A DNA stretch of 64,000 nucleotides from Octopus sinensis (lineage: Eukaryota). Under the pieces are notes generated by a model that saw only the letters and a list, made by a program, of their open reading frames with translations, ran no database searches and was not told where the DNA came from. Below are positions 58,916-64,000 of this stretch, piece by piece (the first letter of the stretch is position 1; each line of letters opens with the position of its first letter). The position numbers and the translations under genes were made by a program. Location of the stretch: assembly GCF_006345805.1 (NCBI RefSeq), contig NC_043000.1:151342001-151406000 (forward strand), written 5' to 3'.

Positions 58916-60191
58916 GGAGCGAAGTACTTGTGACCACAAGATACCTGGTGATGATGCAGAAGAGTTTCCGACATTGCAATGGATTCAGAAAAATGGCATG
59001 CAATACCTCTGTGTAAGCTCTTGCGTAGAACAAATATCACCGATGTTTATTTGGCCTTTATTTCACCTTATTTCACGTAATCAAATTATTGTTAATATAT
59101 GTGTTGAACACCGTAGAATATGAGATAATATTTTGACAAACCGAGAGGGTAACGTAGTCTTAATCCTTTGTTGAAACCACTTCATTTACGCTGCTACTGA
59201 CATTGGAAATGATGTGAGCGTCATATTTCTTACTTCTTGCCTTTTAAGACATGGAAATCTTTGTACTCAGTAAGAAAAGAATCAATAACATTATTTTGAT
59301 AATAGTAAAAAGCCTCAAGGAAGAAACTCTCAGGTCTCTAATCCATTAACTAGTTAAGGTAGTTGGTTTAGTCCCCGCTACATTGTGATTTCAAAACCTA
59401 ACAAAGTTGACTTTCATTTTCGACATCTTTAGGTCAACGAGTACAGTAATATATTGGTATCGATTCGATTGACTAAAACACTCCTCATACAAATTTGTGG
59501 CCAACTTCAAATATAACAAAGAAAATCAATATTTTGAAAATAATTATGACGATAATTATAGCGTTTTATGGTTTAGTGAAAAGAGGAAACCATGCAAGAC
59601 TAGTGAGATCGAGATGGTTTATGTTAGGTTGAAACGTGACTGTAGATCGATACCTGCAAGGTGGGGTGAGAACTTAGCCGAGAAGGAATAACCAGATGGT
59701 TGAAACGATAGGGAGGAAGGATTGGGTATTATGGCTGGTGTGATACCTGAGATGAGATACCGTTAGAGCGAAGGCGAACTAAGTCCGTCAGGTAGACCCG
59801 ATTGGAGATGCTATGCAACAAGCTAGTTAAAAAGGGAACAGGATTGTAGAATATCAAAAGAATATCGATAGAAACTATGTGATAGATAAAGAAACAGACA
59901 ACAAACAACATGAGGAGAAATATCCGTCAATTGTAAATAATGTACATAATTCCTCATTTCTTAAATATAGAACTGTAAAGAAACAGAGCTGAGAAAATTA
60001 AACCAAGCACATAGTTACAAATATAAATCAGTAAACAAAGTGCAGTGCAATATTTACAAATCAAAGAAATTTTATTGTCGCTGGAGATAAAAATTTAAAA
60101 CAGCTTAATCCAAAAAATAAGCATCAGTACTTTTAGGTGTCCTAGTAATAAGTTATGATACCCCAAGTGGATATTAAATGAACTAAGCTGT

Positions 60192-60242
<51 letters not shown>

Positions 60243-63200
60243 AAGAGAGAATTTAGAATATACTCTCCAGAATCTGATTTACAAATATTATATTTATCCA
60301 CAAAACAGAACTATAAGAGCCTGATGCTAAGAGAAATCATTGTGTTAGTAGGAAAACTTATACAAATAAATACAAAATATGAAGGAAAAAATTATCTCAA
60401 AGGAAACCAATAAATGCAAAATGGTGAATGAAAAATAAGAGATGGTTGTGTGAGAAACAGAAAAAACAATTATAAAAAATAGACGGACGTGTCGAATAAG
60501 CACCTCAACTTTTTTGTCTCGAAATTTTTTTAGATTTCCGTTTTCGACAAGGGAGATTTAGATTTTGCATCCTCACCCTCTCCACAAAAATCTGGCTTCT
60601 CAAAATTTTAATTCAATTTACCCGCAGCCCCATTTAAAAACCTTTTCGATTTTTTGAAGCATCTTTTTAAATATTAATTTTTTTCATTATTTTAATTACT
60701 TTTAAATCCGCTTTCCCGCGGATTTTTTCACAGTGAACGTACCAGCCGCCTCGGACACTCGGCTTTTGGTAATACTTATGCTTGCCCAACATCAAATCAC
60801 CGAAAATTTTTAAACTCATCTGTTCATTCGCGCATGCACGAATTGCTGCTAAACGATAACCAGCAGACGTCACGTGGGGTGGGGGGTAGGGGGTCACACC
60901 TCAATGTGGTCACTCAACATACTGAAATAAATCACCAAATTTTCGTTTCTTAGTCTTTTATTATAGTTCCATTAAAGCAATATTTTTTCATGGAGGGAAA
61001 AAGTCTGAGGATGTTGTGAGGAGTGAAAATGTGCACAAATCACCATGTTTAAAAAAAATTAAAACCATATTATTCTCTATCAAAAGAAAGAAATTTGAAA
61101 AACAGAACCTAAGAAAAAGTACAAACTCAGATGCACCTCCAGTGAAGAGGAGACGCTCTCCAGTAAGGAAAGACCCGTCTCCTATGAAAGAGAGCCTATT
61201 TCTGGCGAAGAGGAACCCCTCTCCGGCAAGGAGGAGGTTTTCTCTTCTGAAGAGGAGACCATTATCACGCGTGGTGGAGTGGGAGTCCATTTCCCCGCTG
61301 AATGCAATAAAGTGTACAACCTTAAGATGGCGAGTTGGCAGAATCGTGAGCGCATCGGACAAATACTTAGTAGCATTTTTTCTGGCTCTTTATATCCTCA
61401 GTTCAAATCCATCCGAGGTTTACTTTGCTTTTCATCTCTTCAGGGTCCATAAAATAAGTACCAGTCACGTAGTGGAGTGCTGTTAATATATTTTCACACA
61501 ACATTTGAAACCATGAACACTCTCATTAACCTTGATCATTCGTGTTAATGCAGCATAGCACCATGTTCGCCCGTCGGAGCGACGAGGACCCTCTAAACAT
61601 GCTTCCGAATGACTGATGATTTACGCGATAACTTTTATTAGAGTGAAGACGAGTTACGCACTGTCAACCTCACTTTCTCGTCTGTGACCGTCTTCAATTC
61701 AGGGACAAGACCAGGTCAAGACAACTAAGGATGAAGACAGATGTTGTGGATGACCAAAGATGTCTTACTTGTCTCATTTTGCTCGCTGCACTCTACAATG
61801 CAGCGCTGCAGTCGCCTTCCTCTCCCTTGAAGCATGAATGTTCCTTCCGCAGTAACTTTGTATATTTCTCTGCCGAATACTTCCACTAAACATTCATGAT
61901 AAACAGAAAGATTTTTCTTAGCTGCGAGAATCCTAAACCTTGACCGCTTCGACGTATGTTTAAGAATGTACACCCAATTTTTATTCCAACAAAGAAAAGT
62001 TTTGGCATTTTTCAAATCTCAAATTATAGAGATAATGACTCACGCGACTCACAGTAGTTACGCAATGATATAACACTCCTCATGGTCCATAGTCTGTGTT
62101 TGAATCTAAAATATAAGACTCATCACTGTACATACCCTACACAGTCGCTGTCCGTGACTAAGATACATTAACACCAATCGCATAAAACATATGAAACACT
62201 AACTAATCTACAAAAGAGTTTCAAATCGTCCGGACAATAGATGAAATACTAAAATAAGTCTAGGTACATTAAAAGAAATCTCCTGACAAAGCAAAACCGA
62301 CGTAGTATACAAATTACAATTTTATATCCCTAAAATATAATGTACACAGCACATGAACACGGTGGTGCAACTGGTGGTGCGGCAGAAACTCGCATAAAAC
62401 TGTTGAAAACATTATGTTCGAAAATACAAATATTAAGAGAACCGGGGAACGTTTAAGATGAGAGAACGCTACTTGTCAGCTCTGATAAATATCCATTAAC
62501 ACCGATAAAATAACAACGAATCAAATGGAAAAAAAATGACGGAAGCGATGAAGAATAACGGCGTAATTAATACTTGTAAAATTTATTGATCTTTACCTCA
62601 TATAATTAATGTATTACAAATGTTCGTATTGACCGGCGTTCGGATACCACGTGTAAATAAACTAAACACGGGTCATATTAGCAACAGACCGATTCAGCTC
62701 CCCCTCCACTCACACACGCACACGCACAAATACAAAAGAGATGAACAATGCAAATAAAAAGCGTTTAATTCGCCCACAGTTAAACGAGGAATGTGTATTT
62801 TGAATTTGATGCATAAAATGTACGAAAAATGGAGCGTGCAAAACACTGCATCAACGGAATCAGATATACTGGTACCAGACGAAAAACGAAACTGATGACA
62901 ATCTAAATAAAAGGTGGAATTTACGCATCAAATCTCGCAAATAAAACAGAAAATGCATAAATGAACATGAGATGAATGTTTCTATTTTACATACATATTT
63001 TCCGTTACACTGCTCTCCCCAAACCGCCATCACCACACACACAAAAAAATGAAACTACGACAATATACTCAAATAAAATTTGGAAGGTAAATAGCCCAGA
63101 TCTAACTCTCGGTCCGAAGAAACCAGTTAACTTAAGATGGTACATCCGCAAGATGAATGAAATATCAAAAATTAGAATAGAACATTTAAAAAAAAAAAAA

Positions 63201-63429
63201 AGAAGACTACATTACGAAAACGCAAGTAACGAACACAAAACAATTAACAACAATAAAAAGTTTGAGAACGTAAACCGCGAAGTTAGAATTAACACGTGCA
63301 AAACGAATAAAGTTAAATAATAAAACACGACAAAACCAAATGCTAGAACTACTGACATAATACTGACCAACAAAACCGGGACTAGAACAATATAAACACA
63401 AATAAAAGGAAACATAAGGAACATTTACG

Positions 63430-64000
63430 AATGGGAAATTCTAAAGGTGGAAATCATGATCATGACAACCTAAAGGTAGAAATAATTCAATAATTTACGA
63501 ACAATAGATCTTCCTATAGACGAATGAAAGTACTTCCTAAGGCTAAAACTCTACAATAAAATAGCAACAATATGAAAAACGAAAGCCTGGCCGTCATTGA
63601 TTTAATTAAAACAGTTACAGACATCAAAATCACCAGTCTAAAAGAAATAATGTATGCGGTAGCTACTTTAGTTGCAAAGGAAAGTGTGCACTCCGTCAGA
63701 TCAACTCATATTTCAAAACTCAAGTATAAAAAAAAGAAACAACAAGGAAAAAATACAGAGAAAACAAACAGAAAACAAAAAAGATCCTTCGTGATATCAA
63801 TAACTAAAAGACATGACCACAAAAATAGAACCACATACTAGAAAAATATACCAGGAAAAAAATAACAAAGTATCTGTCGGTATGAAAAGTGACAACGATT
63901 CTTTGTATATAACAAACAGTTCTACTTCAACCCAAGACGATTTTACCAAGAAATAGTTTTTAAAAAATAGGAATCAGATCAGTAGCAACAGCAAAAGAAC
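63430..64000 (+). pseudogene. Decayed R4/Dong-like ORF, N-terminal region (runs off window end)
   Basis: IKTVTDIKITSLKEIMYAVATLVAKE ... ICRYEK*QRFFVYNKQFYFNPRRFYQEI resembles the NELIYAGA / RRYEKRxKQxRQNxLF..NQKRFY motifs. Confidence 0.6.

Noticed and set aside
60480-60900. Possible DNA-transposon end (GACGTCACGTGGGG..GGGGG)
   Set aside because: No partner terminus or TSD found.
61725-62015. 96-aa minus-strand ORF in non-repetitive sequence
   Set aside because: No recognisable motif or splice support; ORFs of this length arise by chance.

Overview
Eukaryotic, AT-rich, microsatellite-saturated DNA. The repeat families suggest a coleoid cephalopod, most likely Octopus (inference from the SINE families, not from a gene). 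I find no recognisable intact protein-coding gene, tRNA, rRNA or CRISPR array, and nearly all long ORFs in the track are microsatellite translations. The window looks intronic or intergenic. It carries at least five SINE-like families, non-autonomous Helitrons, two mariner derivatives, Tigger and hAT relics, RTE, L2-like and R4/Dong-like LINE relics, and a Penelope-type fragment. Most interesting signals: (1) a Deu/Nin-type SINE whose TSDs begin with G(G/A)TAT and which forms head-less concatemers at the same motif in its own head; (2) a minimal Penelope-type hammerhead ribozyme with a decayed second copy nearby; (3) an (AAT)n-restricted ~550-bp retroposon joined to an R4/Dong 3' end; (4) an RTE copy with a twin-priming-like 5' inversion; (5) a mariner with two 5' ends. 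A few weak exon and splice-site candidates are listed at low confidence. Coordinates of degraded repeats are approximate.
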